Assembly (NCBI GenBank): GCA_965637545.1
Contig: OZ281498.1
Location: forward strand, 21,080,001-21,144,000
Reading direction: 5' to 3'
DNA from: Phallusia mammillata
Lineage: Eukaryota
DNA: 64,000 nt
Shown: piece by piece, positions 1-12,485 of the stretch
How positions within the stretch are numbered: position 1 is the stretch's first letter
How the letters are laid out: the number at the start of each line of letters is the position of its first letter
Made by a program: the position numbers and the translations under genes
Notes under the pieces: generated by a model
Told to the model about the DNA's origin: nothing
Databases searched by the model: none
Seen by the model: only the letters and a program-made list of their open reading frames with translations

Positions 1-1446
1 ATTGTTACGTCAAAATGTATCCATTGTCTTGCAAAATTCGATTGCCATTTTGTAGTTGAGTGACGCGTTTTGTGACGTTGCCAATACGAATTGTGATGTC
101 ACTGTATATTGTTGTTTTTTGAAGTTCCATCGGCGTCGATTGAATCAAGGTTTTTTCGTTGTACATTTGTAATGCTTGAGCAAATAAAAAGTATTCCTAA
201 ACATGTGCCCTCTTGGATTAGGTTTAAATTTGATAGTGCCCGTGGTGAAAAGCACAACGGTTATGTTGCAATGAGTGGCGCAGGCATTGGTGGCGGGAAT
301 GCGCCGCCTTCCTGGGTTTTACGCTGCCAACCAGGTAAATACAGTTCGTGTTTTGGAACACTACACCAGGGGCGGGCAACATACGGCCCGCGGGCCGGGT
401 TACGGGAAATTGATATATGCTCGGACCATGCTATTCGGATAAGTTACAAAACGACCAATGTGTAAAAACCAAAATGGTGTCAAATTATACTGTTCTAGAA
501 CTGAGAATAGTCAATGCGGCCTATTCGAGTGTCGAAAAAAAAAACAATGGGTTGTTTATGAAGTGGTTCCCACCCCTGCCCCGCCCAAGGCCAAGCTTCT
601 TTTGAAACGTTTTGACAAGTTTGTGCCATCGTTAGTGATGCAAAAGGCCTAAATATATGTAAACACAAGTTGTTACGACAGAGCCTCTATTGGCATGGAC
701 ACCATTGTTTGCGCCAAAAAATGTGGGTATAGGAAAAACATGAATTGTTTTGATTGTCAAATCAGACTATTAATGCGGACCACAGTGTTATATTTTTCCG
801 AATATACTTTCATATTTTGGACACGGATCCATGACACTCCACGCAAAACAAAGCGTTGGACAACTTCGTTTAAAATATAGTTCGTAAGGAAATAAATCAG
901 TTAACAGTTATTTGTTGCCATGAAAGGTATCGTTGTACACAACCGTTCTTATATCAAAGCGCTAAACCCCAAAAGTCCAACAGGAATTCAGTTTCATTGG
1001 CAATCTCGTGTATTCAACTTGTTTTATTATTTTTGTAACCCTATAATCTTCTTTATATGTTTGCCGTAAACATTGTGGGCCTACACTAAACTACGCATAG
1101 AGTGATCCAAAATCGAATAACCGACAGTTTACACGAGTTATTGCGATATGTATAATGTAGTTTTACACAAATTCATCAAAACAATTGTCAGCTAAAACAC
1201 AATGAACAAAACTGCAAGTACGTTAATTTTTCAACGATTAGCAATTAAAAAAAGAAATACATGTTATTCCATTAGTACAAATCTGCAAAAATATAGGCTA
1301 CACATTTTAAAGACAGATGTTTTGCAGTATCTGTGTAATTACACAGGGTACGAGTTGTAAATACAATGAAATTAACCAAGTGCAGAGATGTGCATAACAG
1401 TAACACTCAAACAGCTATGTACAAAAAATTATGCAGTGGCAGTTAC

Positions 1447-1606
1447 ATGTCCACAAAAACGCGATCTTTAATTATGAGAACTGTCTCATATTGGTTCCAA
1501 ATTTCTTCAATCTGCTTTACAACTTGTTGCCTTCCAACCCAAACCAAGATGAAATACTTGCGATATGCGTGTGCCATGCTTAAACTTTGATCAGGACTAT
1601 AATTGT
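1447..1606 (-). pseudogene. Coding exon of an unidentified gene family, copy 1 (SLSMAHAYRKYFILVWVGRQQVVKQIEEIWNQYETVLIIKDRVFVD)
   Basis: Flanked by TTGGCAG acceptor and GTAACT donor on the minus strand; upstream exon donor AAG|GTAAGT at 1670; synonymous third-position variation across six copies. Confidence 0.6.
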
Positions 1607-1813
1607 CTGCCAAATATACAAATATCCGGCAATAAGCAATCAAAATTAACTGTTTCACTAATTAACTTACCTTTATGAATCTGTTTTCTTGCAATCGTCC
1701 CTGTTCTGAATCCCTTTGTTCGGTGTTACGACAAACTTGAGTTTAAAATCAAACAAGGCCCCCAACATACCATTTTTCTCACTGTTGGTTCCATGTTTTC
1801 TTTCAAGTGATGT

Positions 1814-1990
1814 GACTGTGAAAAATTGCGACGCTCTAGCGGCATGTGTAACGCATTGTGTAATCGACGCAACAGAACCTTCGGTCTGACACCAAAAAAA
1901 AGGACGGTAATCCGACTGTGAAAAATTGCGACGCTTAAGCCGCATGTGTAACGCATTGTGTAATGGACGCAACAGAAAACTTGGTTTGAC
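1814..1990. repeat. Two ~100-bp direct repeats (GACTGTGAAAAATTGCGACGC...GACGCAACAGAA); also at about 11957 and 12095
   Basis: Units start at 1814 and 1914. Confidence 0.85.
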
Positions 1991-2345
1991 CGTTAGGTAC
2001 GGGGCGCATCCGTCCATCCATCCGTGACCTACTCTATCAAATTTTCCTATTTCTATCCATAAATATCATATTTGTGTAGATCAAGCTGCTCTATTGTTAC
2101 GTCAAACTGTATCCCTTGTCTTGCAGATTCGATTGCCATTACGTAGTTGAGTGACGCGTTTTGTGACGTTGCCAATACGAATTGTGATGTCACTGTATAT
2201 TGTTGTTTTTTGAAGTTCCATCGGCGTCGATTGAAGGTTTTTTTCGTTGTACATTTGTAATGCTTGAGCAAATAAAAAGTATTCCTAAACCTGTACCTTC
2301 TTGGATTAGGTTTAAATTTAATTAGATAATGCCTGTGGTGCAAAG

Positions 2346-2818
2346 CAGTGGTTCCCAACCTTTTTTTTGACGGGACCCAAATACTTACCAAAATTTTGTT
2401 TAGTGGTTTCTCGCGACCCATGGACATGCTATTTTAGTTGAATTTTTGTCTGTAAATTCGGAAAGCTTTTTAAAAATTACTACGCAAGTTTAGCAAATCA
2501 ATAATCTTAAAACGAACAAATAGTGTTGTTGTTTTCGACCAAACATTTCCATTTAACCAGGACTTAGAGCTAAATCGAAGAATTATTATTAGCCAGACAA
2601 CGCTTACCTGTGAGCTAACACATCACTTTATGACGTCACAAACAGTTTTAACATTTATCATTACAAGATGTGATGAAATTATTGTTGGGCAACAATTTAT
2701 AGCCTTGGAAAATATAAAAAAATAACGCTACAAGGCGAAACCAAAAAGTAGATGTTCTTATTGTCACTAAAACAAGCGACCCAACTTTGGGTCGCGACCC
2801 ATAGGTTGGGAAACACTG
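2346..2818. mobile_element. hAT-type MITE (473 bp)
   Basis: TIRs CAGTGGTTCCCAACC / GGTTGGGAAACACTG; 8-bp TSD GTGCAAAG/GTGTAAAG; empty site (GTGAAAAG) at about 245 in copy A. Confidence 0.9.
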
Positions 2819-4250
2819 GTGTAAAGCACAACAGTGTTGTTGCAAAGAGTGGCGGGAATGCGCCGCCTTACTGGGTTTACGTTACGTTCCTGGGTTTCAC
2901 GCTGCCTTCGTGGGTTTCACGCTGCCAACCAGGTGATAAACAAGTTTGCGTTTGGGAACTAAATTATGCAATTACATGCACTTCGGTGCCAAAATCTGTT
3001 GGAAGACCTTGACATTGCACGCTGCATCACCCAAAAAAAGCAAAATGCCATCTTTATTTCCTTTCTTATGTTACTATTTAATGGGCTCTATAGTCCAGAC
3101 CAGCTGTTTACACACTAGTTTTTTCTAGTGAGAACTACTAAGAGCTTATGGCTCAACAATCCTATTCATGTGACAATTAAACAATTGTTTGCGCATAATG
3201 TCATATCTTAGATTTATCTGTGGTGTAACAAACTGATCTTAGAATAGATCATTGATAGAGTAAAACGGCCAAAGTGTTGGTTAAATAAATCCTGAATGTT
3301 ATTGTGGTAAATTGTTTTAGGTACAAAACAACCAATGTGTACATGTATGAAAAGGTTCTCCATCCCTGGTCTAAGGCCAAGCTCTATTGTAAAATTTTGG
3401 CAAGTTTGTAATGCGAGAGTTTTGATACGAGAGGCCTAAATATGCGTAAAAACAAGTTGTTACGACATACAGCCTCTATTGGCATGGACGCCATTGTTTG
3501 CGAAAAACAATGAAACATGGATTGTTTTGATTGTCAAATCAGACTATTAATTCGGACCACAGTGTTATATTTGTCCGAATATACATTCTTATTTTCGACA
3601 CGGGTCCATGACACTCCACGCAAAACAAAGCGTTGGACAACTTCGTTTAAAATATAATTCGTAAGGAAATAAATCAGATAACAGTTATTTGTTGCCATGA
3701 AAGGGATCGTTGTACAGCAACCGTTCTTATATCAAAGCGCTAAACCCCAAAAGTCCGACAGGAATTCAGTTTCATGGGCAATCTCGTGTATTCAACTTGT
3801 GTTATTATTTTTTTGCTCATACTTTACCTTCGACCGCGGTTTGTAACCCTACTCTTATTTATATGTTTGCCGTCAATATTATACACAAAACCACGCCTAA
3901 AGTGATCCGCAATCGAAAAACTGACAGTTTACACTCGAGTTATTGCGGTACGTAAAATGTAGTTTTACACAAATTTTATCAAAACAATTGTCAGCTAAAA
4001 CACAATGATCAAAACTTCAAGTACGTTAATTTTTCAACGGTTAGCAATTAGAAAAAGAAATACATGTTATTCCATTAGTACAAATCTGCAAAAATATAGG
4101 CTACACATTTTAAAGACAGATATTTTGCAGTATCTGTGTAATTACACAGGGTACGAGTTGTAAAATACAATGAAATTAACCAAGTGCAGAGATGTGCATA
4201 ACAGTACAGTTCAACAGCTATGTACATAAAATTCTGCAGTGTGCAGTTAC

Positions 4251-4410
4251 ATGTCCACAAAAACGCGATCTTTAATGATGATAATTGTCTCATATTGGTT
4301 CCAAATTTCTTCAATCTGCTTTACAACTTGCTGCCTTCCAATCCAAACCAAGATGAAATACTTGCGATATGCGTGTGCCATGATTAAACTTTGATCAGGA
4401 CTATAATTGT
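4251..4410 (-). pseudogene. Same exon, copy 2
   Basis: Near-identical to copy 1. An upstream donor has changed from GT to GA (AAAAATG|GAATGT) and the BEL element is inserted in an upstream exon-like segment. Confidence 0.6.
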
Positions 4411-4620
4411 CTGCCAAATAGACAAATATCCGGCAATAAGCAATCAAAATTAACTGTTTCACTACTTAACTTACCTTTATGAATCTGTTTTCTTGCAATC
4501 TTTCCTGTTCTGAACCCCTTTGTTCGGTGTTACGACAAAATTGAGTTTAAAATCAAACATTGCCTCCAACATTCCATTTTTCTCACTGTTGGTTCCATGT
4601 TCTCTTACAAGTAATGTGAC

Positions 4621-5339
4621 TGTTACAGCGAGAATTAATTGTTCCGCTTGGTTGATTTAAGTTCTCCTTTATTCGTGACGTATTGAAATATTCATCCGCG
4701 ACAGAGCATGTGCTTTGAACGCCACGTTTTTGTGAGCTGCGTTAGTTGCTAGGTTTGCAGTCAATTTAAGTGCATTTATCCTAATTTCTTGTGTCTATTT
4801 TGTTTATAGTGAAACTGTAAATGTTAAGAGCAATAGCAAAAATGCTGAATTGTCAGTTGTGGAACCTCTAGCCGCGTGCTAGTAAAGCCCTGGTTACCCA
4901 ACAGTTGGTATGTTTTATGTTCTTACTTGATTTGTGTTTAACTTGTGTTAATGTGTATTTTAACAGTAACTTGACTTGTTAAGAGTAATTTGGAAGTAAT
5001 CTAATGTAAAATATGACCGATTAATGTAGATTTAGTTTGAAACCTTGTGTGTACTGTTAAAACTGCTTATTGTGTGATGGTCGCTATGACGTCATAATGT
5101 GTACGTCTGGCTTATGTATGTTATTTGTGGTTACAGAAAAACCGTTGCAGTTGCTATTGACGTTGTCGTCTTGGTTTATTCGTCAGCGTTGCCTTTTATC
5201 GCCAAAAAAGAACATTCGTTGCAAATGCAAGAGTGGGTCGTCTTGGAGGACAGGCTGTAGGACGGGCGCGTTTTACAAAAAGGGTTATCTAGTGTGACGA
5301 ACGGCGCAGGGCCAGGCTGCGCACCTAGCGGTCGTTACA
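4621..5339 (+). repeat. 5' LTR
   Basis: TGTTACAGCG...GGTCGTTACA; matches 11236-11954. Confidence 0.95.
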
Positions 5340-5449
5340 TTAAAGTTTTTCAACTTTCGGAAACTGTTGAAAAATAAAGTTTTTCAACTCGTTGAAAATA
5401 AAAGGTTTTCAACTTCGAACTTTCTAACATCGTTGGTAGAGTTGTCAAG

Positions 5450-8134
5450 ATGGTTGAATCCCAACACACTCTTGACAATTTAGTTAAACGACTGAACTTG
5501 GCATATCAAGATGCAGAGGAAATTATGATTGATTTCTCGAATGTGCAACAGTTAAAAGAGAAGATTTCATCCATTGATGTTTTGTACGACGAATGTGTTG
5601 GCAAACATACAACACGACTGGACTTCGTAAAAAAGAAAAAAGATAGAAGAAAAATTAATGCTGCGCTCTCAAGTTTGCGAAGTGGCAAGCAAGAATTTGA
5701 TGTGCGCACAGAAGAATGGTTAGAGGAAGTAAGGCGTTCCAAACCGCCTGAACATTCAAGCAAGGAACCGTCTGTCAGCGATTTTGGTTCTAGAAGCAAG
5801 ACTGGTTCATATGCTAGCTCGAGGTCGAGTTGCAGACGTACTGAGGCGCGTGTGAAAAAAGAAGTTGCACTTCTAGAAAAGGAGTTTCTGCAGAAAAAGA
5901 TGGAAGCAGAAAATAGCCTTTTGCAGAAAAAAATGGAAGCAGAAAGTTTACTTAAATCCTCTGAAAATCAATTAAAAATTCTAGAAGCAGATCATAAGAT
6001 AAAAGCTGCCACAGTGGAAGCTGATTTATGGGAAAAGACATCTTCATCTGGGTCATGTTTTGCCGGATTCCAGCCAGAAAAGCAAGTTGATTTATCAGTC
6101 CTCTTCTCACCTGAGACCAAACCCGTAGTAAAAGAGGAAAGGCAAGCATCAGACTCCGGCATTATTAATAGAAGCAGTTCAGAAGCGCAGGTAACGGACA
6201 TTCCGTCCTCCTCGCGTCGCGAACCTAAACCAAAAACGGAAGGGCTGAATCATGAGCCGGAGGTGAGTGACCTGTGTCGTGTTGCTGCAGTCTTGAAGGC
6301 AGGGATGGAGCTTCCCAGGCCACCCACAGCTATTGTATTTTGATGGTGATCCGCTAATGTACACGCGTTTCATGATAAGCTTTGAGGAAAATATTGGTCG
6401 ACGTGTAGACAGCGACAGTGTGAAGCTTAATTATCTGATCCAATACTGTCGAAAAGAAGCACATGCAATGATTGCCTTTTGCGTTGGCCTTGACCCTCCG
6501 GAAGGTAACCGAAGGGCTCGAGAGTTGTTATTCGAGCGTTACGGGCGTCCTATCATTATCGCACGTGCGTACGTGGATAAGCTAAGTCATTGGCCTTATC
6601 TGAGATCCGATGATACTGACGGATTGATCGAGCTGGCACAGGCATTAGAAGAGTGTCTGGTGACCCTGACTCATCTGGGATACTTCGCAGACATCAACAA
6701 TTTTGAAAATATGCTGAATATAATAAAGCGATTGCCGTTTGCACTACAAAGTCAATGGAGAAGACACGCTGCTAAAATTGAAAGGAATGGGGAAGAGCCT
6801 CGTTTCTGTCACCTTGTTGAATTCGTTAAGAAGGAAGCGTACATTGGAACCACGATGTTTGGTCGAGTGTTGGGTCCTCGGAAGGACAGAGATACGCAGA
6901 AAAGGCGCAACAGATCTCCTACGACGAGGACAAGAGCATCGACTCATGCGACATCGGTTGCTCCAGGAAACGAGCGTAAGGGTGAACCGAGAAGTCCTCA
7001 GAAGCAGGGATGTCCCTTGTGCAGTAAATCGCACGACCTTGGCGATTGCGACGTGTTCAAACGGAAAACCTTTGTAGAGCGAAGAAAGTTTCTGCGTCAA
7101 ATTCGGCTGTGTGACAATTGTTTCGTAAAGGGCCATATAGCAAGAACATGTAGTTTACCAAGCTCTTGCACCATCGGTGGATGCCGTGGAAAGCATCACA
7201 ATCTTCTGCACTGGACAGAATGGAAGACTTCTTCAACTGCACCCGTACGCGAAGCGTCTACGCAGGCCTCAGAAGAGAAACCCACATCATCAAATGCAAC
7301 TGTCACCTGGACTTGCATGAGCACTCATGCAGAGAGTGTATACCTCAACATAGTGCCGGTAAAGGTTACGGCCAATAATGGTAGAAAACTGGAAACTTAC
7401 GCCTTTTTGGACCAAGGATCGACTACAACCTTGTGTGACAAACGACTGATCGAGCAGCTGGACGTCGGGGGGAGAAAGACAACGTACTCCCTGACCACTG
7501 TCAGTGATAGGTCACAGAGAAGAGAAGGTTTGGCCGTTGATTTAATGGTGGCGTCGCTTGACGGGAAGCAATCCGTACGATTAAACGACGTTTTGAGCGT
7601 GGACAGTTTGCCAGTCTCCCCAAACAGAATACCGGAAGGGTCGCTTTGGCGATGGCCTCACTTGCGTAATTTAGAGTTTCCTGTCTTGCCCCATGGGGAA
7701 GTCATGTTGTTGATTGGAGCAAACGTTCCCGAGGTGTTCTGGATAAATGATGAACGAAGAGGCGGAAGAAAGGAGCCAAGTGCCGTGCGTTCTATGCTCG
7801 GTTGGTCGCTTGTAGGTCCTTGTCATAGTAATGGTTCAAGAAGTTCACAGATACGGGTGAATTTTGTAACCTCGCAGGACGAAACGTTGCGCCAACAGAT
7901 AAAATGCATGTGGGAAAGCGACTTTGGCCGAACCGCGTTGTCAACCGGAACGACACTGTCGAAAGAAGACAGATACGCATTGAAGCAGATGGAAAGCTCG
8001 GTGAAGTGTCATGACGGACACTACCAACTGCGATTGCCATGGAGACCAGGTGCTCCAAACTTGCCAAATAACCGTGCTATGGCAATGAAACGTTTGTCAT
8101 ACTTGAAACGGCGATTGGAAACTGATTCGCTGTT
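5450..8134 (+). pseudogene. BEL gag (DUF1759-like, CCHC knuckles) and aspartic protease, frameshifted near 6320
   Basis: LPRP-Q-LLYFDGDPL broken by a CCAC duplication; CPLCSKSHDLGDC, CDNCFVKGHIARTC and CTIGGCRGKHHNLLH knuckles; AFLDQGS protease motif. Confidence 0.9.
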
Positions 8135-11100
8135 TGGTACCTGCCGCATCACCCGGTTGTACACCCGCAGAAACCAGGAAAGGTGAGGGTCGTCTTTGAC
8201 TGCGCCGCCAGAGATCATAATATTTCGCTGAATGACCAGCTTTTGCAAGGCCCAGATTTGCTCAACAGTCTTTTTGGGACGCTTGTTCGATTTCGCCAGG
8301 AACCAGTTGCGTTTGTCGCCGATGTAGAAGCGATGTTTCACCAGGTAAAGGTTGATCCGATCGATACATCTGCACTAAGATTCGTTTGGTGGCCTGAAGG
8401 CGATTTGTCACGTGAACCCGTTGATTACCAGATGCTGGTGCACATATTTGGTGCAGCCTCGTCTCCTTGCTGTGCTGGGTACTGTTTGCAGAAAACTGCC
8501 GAAGATAACAAGGAGAGATTCAGTTCTGAAGCGGTTTCGACAGTGAAACAAAACTTCTACGTGGATGATTGTTTGAAGTCCGTAAAGAACGAAGACGATG
8601 CAATCAAATTGGCCGGTGAGTTGCGTGAATTGTTGCAGCTCGGAGGATTTCGGCTCAGAAAATGGGTGAGCAACAGCGAGCGTGTGTTGTCGTCAGTCCC
8701 AACCGAAGATAGATCTGTACAGTCCATTATATTAAATGTTGATGTAAAGCACATGGAACGTGTGCTTGGAGTGTTGTGGAATTTTCGCTCCGACGTGTTT
8801 GAATTTGACGTAAAGGTCAAAAGGAAGCCTGTAACGAGGAGAGGAATACTTTCCGTGGTCAGCTCCTTGTTCGATCCCTTAGGTTTCGTTGCGCCTGTAG
8901 TATTACATGCGCGAAAGCTTTTGCAGGAGCTTTGCAAAGAAAATTATGGCTGGGATCAGGAAGTTCCACCGGATATAGAAAAGAGATGGAACGCATGGAC
9001 TTCTGAGCTTCCAGGTCTATCGATAATTAAGATTAAAAGGTGTTTTCAGACGACTGGACTCGAAGTCAAGACTCACGAACTGCATCATTTTGCGGATGCG
9101 TCTTCCTGTGGATACGGAACGGTCGCATACTTGCGAACAGTGGATGAACAAGGCAGCGTGCATTGTTATTTTGTTACTGGAAAGGCCCGTCTTGCGCCTT
9201 TGAAGATGGTGTCCATTCCCAGATTGGAATTGACTGCGGCTACTCTTGCTGTCAAGATGGACCAAGTTTTAAGGCAGGAACTTGACTTGGATATCGGACG
9301 ATCCGTGTTTTGGACTGATTCAACTGCAGTTCTCCAATCCATTTACAACGTAAATAAGCGGTTTTGTACCTTTTTCGCCAACCGACTGGCGAAAATTGAG
9401 GAAGGATCCGACGCGTCGCAGTGGAAGCATGTTCCCACTGCACAGAACCCAGCTGATGACGCATCTCGTGGGTGTACTGTAAAGGCTTTTCTCCAAAACA
9501 AGCGTTGGTTCTCCGGACTTTCGTTTTTAGGCAGCGATGAAAGTCACTGGCCTACGAATCCTGTGAATACCAAAGATGTTCCCGAGGAATACTTAAACCT
9601 AAAACCAAAGAAAATGTTGGCTGTGCATGTTGCAGAGGAGCAGTGTTTGTTTGATGATTTAATTTGTCGCTACTCTTCATGGAAAAGATTAAAGAAGACA
9701 GTTGCTTGGCTCCAGCGGTTTGTTGACTATCTGCGATCTCGAAAGAACCACAAGCTGTCAAAAAAGCTGACTGTCGCTGATCTTGAAAGGGCTGAGCTAG
9801 CGATTGTCAAATATGTTCAAGGAAGACAGTTTTCTGAAGAAATAGACGCCTTGTGTAAGTGCGAAGACGTAGATCGCGGCGAGAAGAAGAAAGTCATGAA
9901 GAAACTGCCTTCAAAAGCTCTGCATAGACTCAATCCTGTTTTGATCGATGGCGTGTTGCGAGTGGGTGGTCGTCTGCAAAGAGCACCGATTCCCTTTGAA
10001 ATTAAGCACCCGATGATTCTCCCAAACGCACATCACATCACTACTTTGATTATTCGCGAGACACACGCGAATGTTTGCCATTCCGGAATGTCGCACACTT
10101 GGGCAATTGTTCGTCAGAGATATTGGATTGTGCGAGGTGGTGTAGCGGTAAGAAGAATACTTGGAAACTGTGTGTTTTGTCGAAGAAGAAACGCTTCAGT
10201 CTCGAAACAAATGATGGCCGACTTACCTGTTGAGCGCACGACTCCGGGTGAGCCACCGTTTTCGTCTGTGGGTGTGGATTACTTTGGACCCATACTCGTA
10301 AAACAAGGAAGAAGCGAAGTCAAACGATACGGTTGCATCTTCACGTGTATGACCGTGCGTGCTGTGCATTTGGAAGTAGCGCACTCGCTTTCTACTGACT
10401 CGTTTATTGACGCTTTCCGAAGGTTCAGTGGAAGACGAGGAAAGCCCAAGCGCATTTTCAGTGATAATGGAACAAACTTCGTCGGCGCTGAGCGCATACT
10501 GCGCGAGTCTCTTGAAAAATGGAATCAAACTCACATCGAAGAACGTCTTCGCCAGTGGGGCGTCGACTGGTCATTTAACCCACCTGCCGCCAGTCACATG
10601 GGTGGCGTCTGGGAACGTCTAATTCGTTCGGTGCGCAAGATTTTGAATGTATTGTTGGGACAGCAAGTGCCTTCCGACGAGACGCTGAGTACGCTGCTTG
10701 TTGGTCGAGTTCATCCTAAACTCGAGGCCCTTGACTCCCATCAGTCTTGATCCTGCCGACAGAGAGCCTCTGACACCGAACCACCTGCTTTTGATTGGGC
10801 GACATGATATCTCGCCACCCGGAGTATTTGTGAAGGAAGACAACTACGTTCGACGACACTGGTGCCAGGTCCAGTACTTGGCCGACCAGTTTTGGGTCCG
10901 ATGGACAAATGAGTACCTGCTGACGCTACAGACGCGTCAGAAATGGCAATTTCCCGAAGATAACCTCGACGTTGGTGATCTGGTCCTGTTGGTCGACAAC
11001 TCGGCACCACGAGGAAAATGGCTTACCGGAAGAATAGTAGAAACGTACCCGGATAAGTTCGGGTTTGTGCGAAGTGCTTTGGTTAAATCGCACGCTGGAT

Positions 11101-11147
11101 CGTTCAAACGACCGATCGCGAAATTGTGTTTGATTATGAAGGCTTAA
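8135..11147 (+). pseudogene. BEL pol: RT, RNase H (Pao A17-like), integrase and DUF5641-like C-terminus; deletion near 8134 and frameshift near 10703
   Basis: [63 protein letters not shown] zinc finger, [40 protein letters not shown]. Confidence 0.92.
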
Positions 11148-11235
11148 AGTGTTGTGTTTGTTCGTTACGTTTTCCTTTCTCGCTGTTTGTGTGTTGTAAA
11201 GATGTTCTCATGGGTTCGCACATCGTCGGGGGGTA

Positions 11236-11954
11236 TGTTACAGCGAGAATTAATTGTTCCGCTTGGTTGATTTAAGTTCTCCTTTATTCGTGACGTATTG
11301 AAATATTCATCCGCGACAGAGCATGTGCTTTGAACGCCACGTTTTTGTGAGCTGCGTTAGTTGCTAGGTTTGCAGTCAATTTAAGTGCATTTATCCTAAT
11401 TTCTTGTGTCTATTTTGTTTATAGTGAAACTGTAAATGTTAAGAGCAATAGCAAAAATGCTGAATTGTCAGTTGTGGAACCTCTAGCCGCGTGCTAGTAA
11501 AGCCCTGGTTACCCAACAATTGGTATGTTTTATGTTCTTACTTGATTTGTGTTTAACTTGTGTTAATGTGTATTTTAACAGTAACTTGACTTGTTAAGAG
11601 TAATTTGGAAGTAATCTAATGTAAAATATGACCGATTAATGTAGATTTAGTTTGAAACCTTGTGTGTACTGTTAAAACTGCTTATTGTGTGATGGTCGCT
11701 ATGACGTCATAATGTGTACGTCTGGCTTATGTATGTTATTTGTGGTTACAGAAAAACCGTTGCCGTTGCTATTGACGTTGTCGTCTTGGTTTATTCGTCA
11801 GCGTTGCCTTTTATCGCCAAAAAAGAACATTCGTTGCAAATGCAAGAGTGGGTCGTCTTGGAGGACAGGCTGTAGGACGGGCGCGTTTTACAAAAAGGGT
11901 TATCTAGTGTGACGAACGGCGCAGGGCCAGGCTGCGCACCTAGCGGTCGTTACA
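11236..11954 (+). repeat. 3' LTR
   Basis: Matches the 5' LTR except CAACAG/CAACAA and TTGCAG/TTGCCG. Confidence 0.95.
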
Positions 11955-12485
11955 GTGACTGTGAAAAAATGCGACGCTCAAGCGGCATGTGTAATGCATT
12001 GTGTAATCGACGCAACAGAACACTCGGTTTGACACCAACAAATTTTGAAAAACTTTTTTCAGGAGAAGCTCTACCAAACAAAGGACGGTAGTCCGACTGT
12101 GAAAAATTGCGGCGCTTAAGCCGCATGTGTAACGCAATGTGTAATCAACGCAACAGAAAACTTGGTTTGACATCGTGGAGGTGGCATATGCAACATCCAT
12201 GTCACGAGTTTGGGGCAAGTATTTTGGCCATGTGAACATATTTTTTCGAAACGTTTTTGCTGCTTTAAAAACTTGCCTATTATCCAACCATATACTGCTG
12301 CTATGGACATAAAGCTATAGCTGAGACACAATTTTTCTATAGAATTGTGATGTCACTGTATATTGCTGTTTTTGGAGTTCCATCGGCGTCGATTCAATCA
12401 AGGTTTTTTCGTTGTACATTTGTAATGCTTAAGCAAATAAAAAATATTCCTAAACAATTCTGTGACTTGTACCCTCTTGGATTAG
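11955..12485. repeat. Copy B right part plus the start of a third copy
   Basis: 11955 GTGACTGTGAAAAAATGCGACGC continues the empty-site sequence at 1812; about 12343-12485 matches about 89-222 (AATTGTGATGTCACTGTATATTG...). Confidence 0.85.

Larger units (their letters stand above)
1..2093. repeat. Tandem segmental duplication unit, copy A (start runs off the window)
   Basis: Position 1 ATTGTTACGTCAAAATGTATCC recurs at 2094; collinear similarity continues (e.g. 700-1000 vs 3490-3800, 1200-1815 vs 4000-4620). Confidence 0.9.
2094..4620. repeat. Tandem duplication unit, copy B left part (carries a hAT MITE; interrupted by the BEL element)
   Basis: Collinear with 1-1816, with extra sequence at 2346-2818 (MITE) and about 2930-3320. 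Confidence 0.9.
4621..11954 (+). mobile_element. BEL/Pao LTR retrotransposon, near full length and defective
   Basis: 719-bp LTRs bounded TG...CA with 2 differences seen; 5-bp TSD GTGAC (4616-4620, 11955-11959); PPT GGGGGG just before 11236; gag-PR-RT-RH-IN order with BEL/Pao motifs; no env. Confidence 0.97.

Noticed and set aside
1443-1658. STING-like look of IKDRVF and (at 18.3/20.5 kb) IYELLK
   Set aside because: The motifs are short, non-contiguous and in the wrong order; no credible alignment to the STING ligand-binding domain.
1814-1990. CRISPR-like repeat-spacer pattern
   Set aside because: Only two ~100-bp degenerate units in eukaryotic DNA; no cas genes and no regular spacers.
5070-5297. 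75-aa ORF MCDGRY... repeated at 11685
   Set aside because: It lies inside the LTRs and is duplicated only for that reason; no recognisable motif.
6300-6345. Programmed ribosomal frameshift between the 297-aa and 617-aa ORFs
   Set aside because: No slippery heptamer. Removing one CCAC copy restores LPRPQLLYFDGDPL in a single frame, and BEL/Pao elements normally use one ORF.
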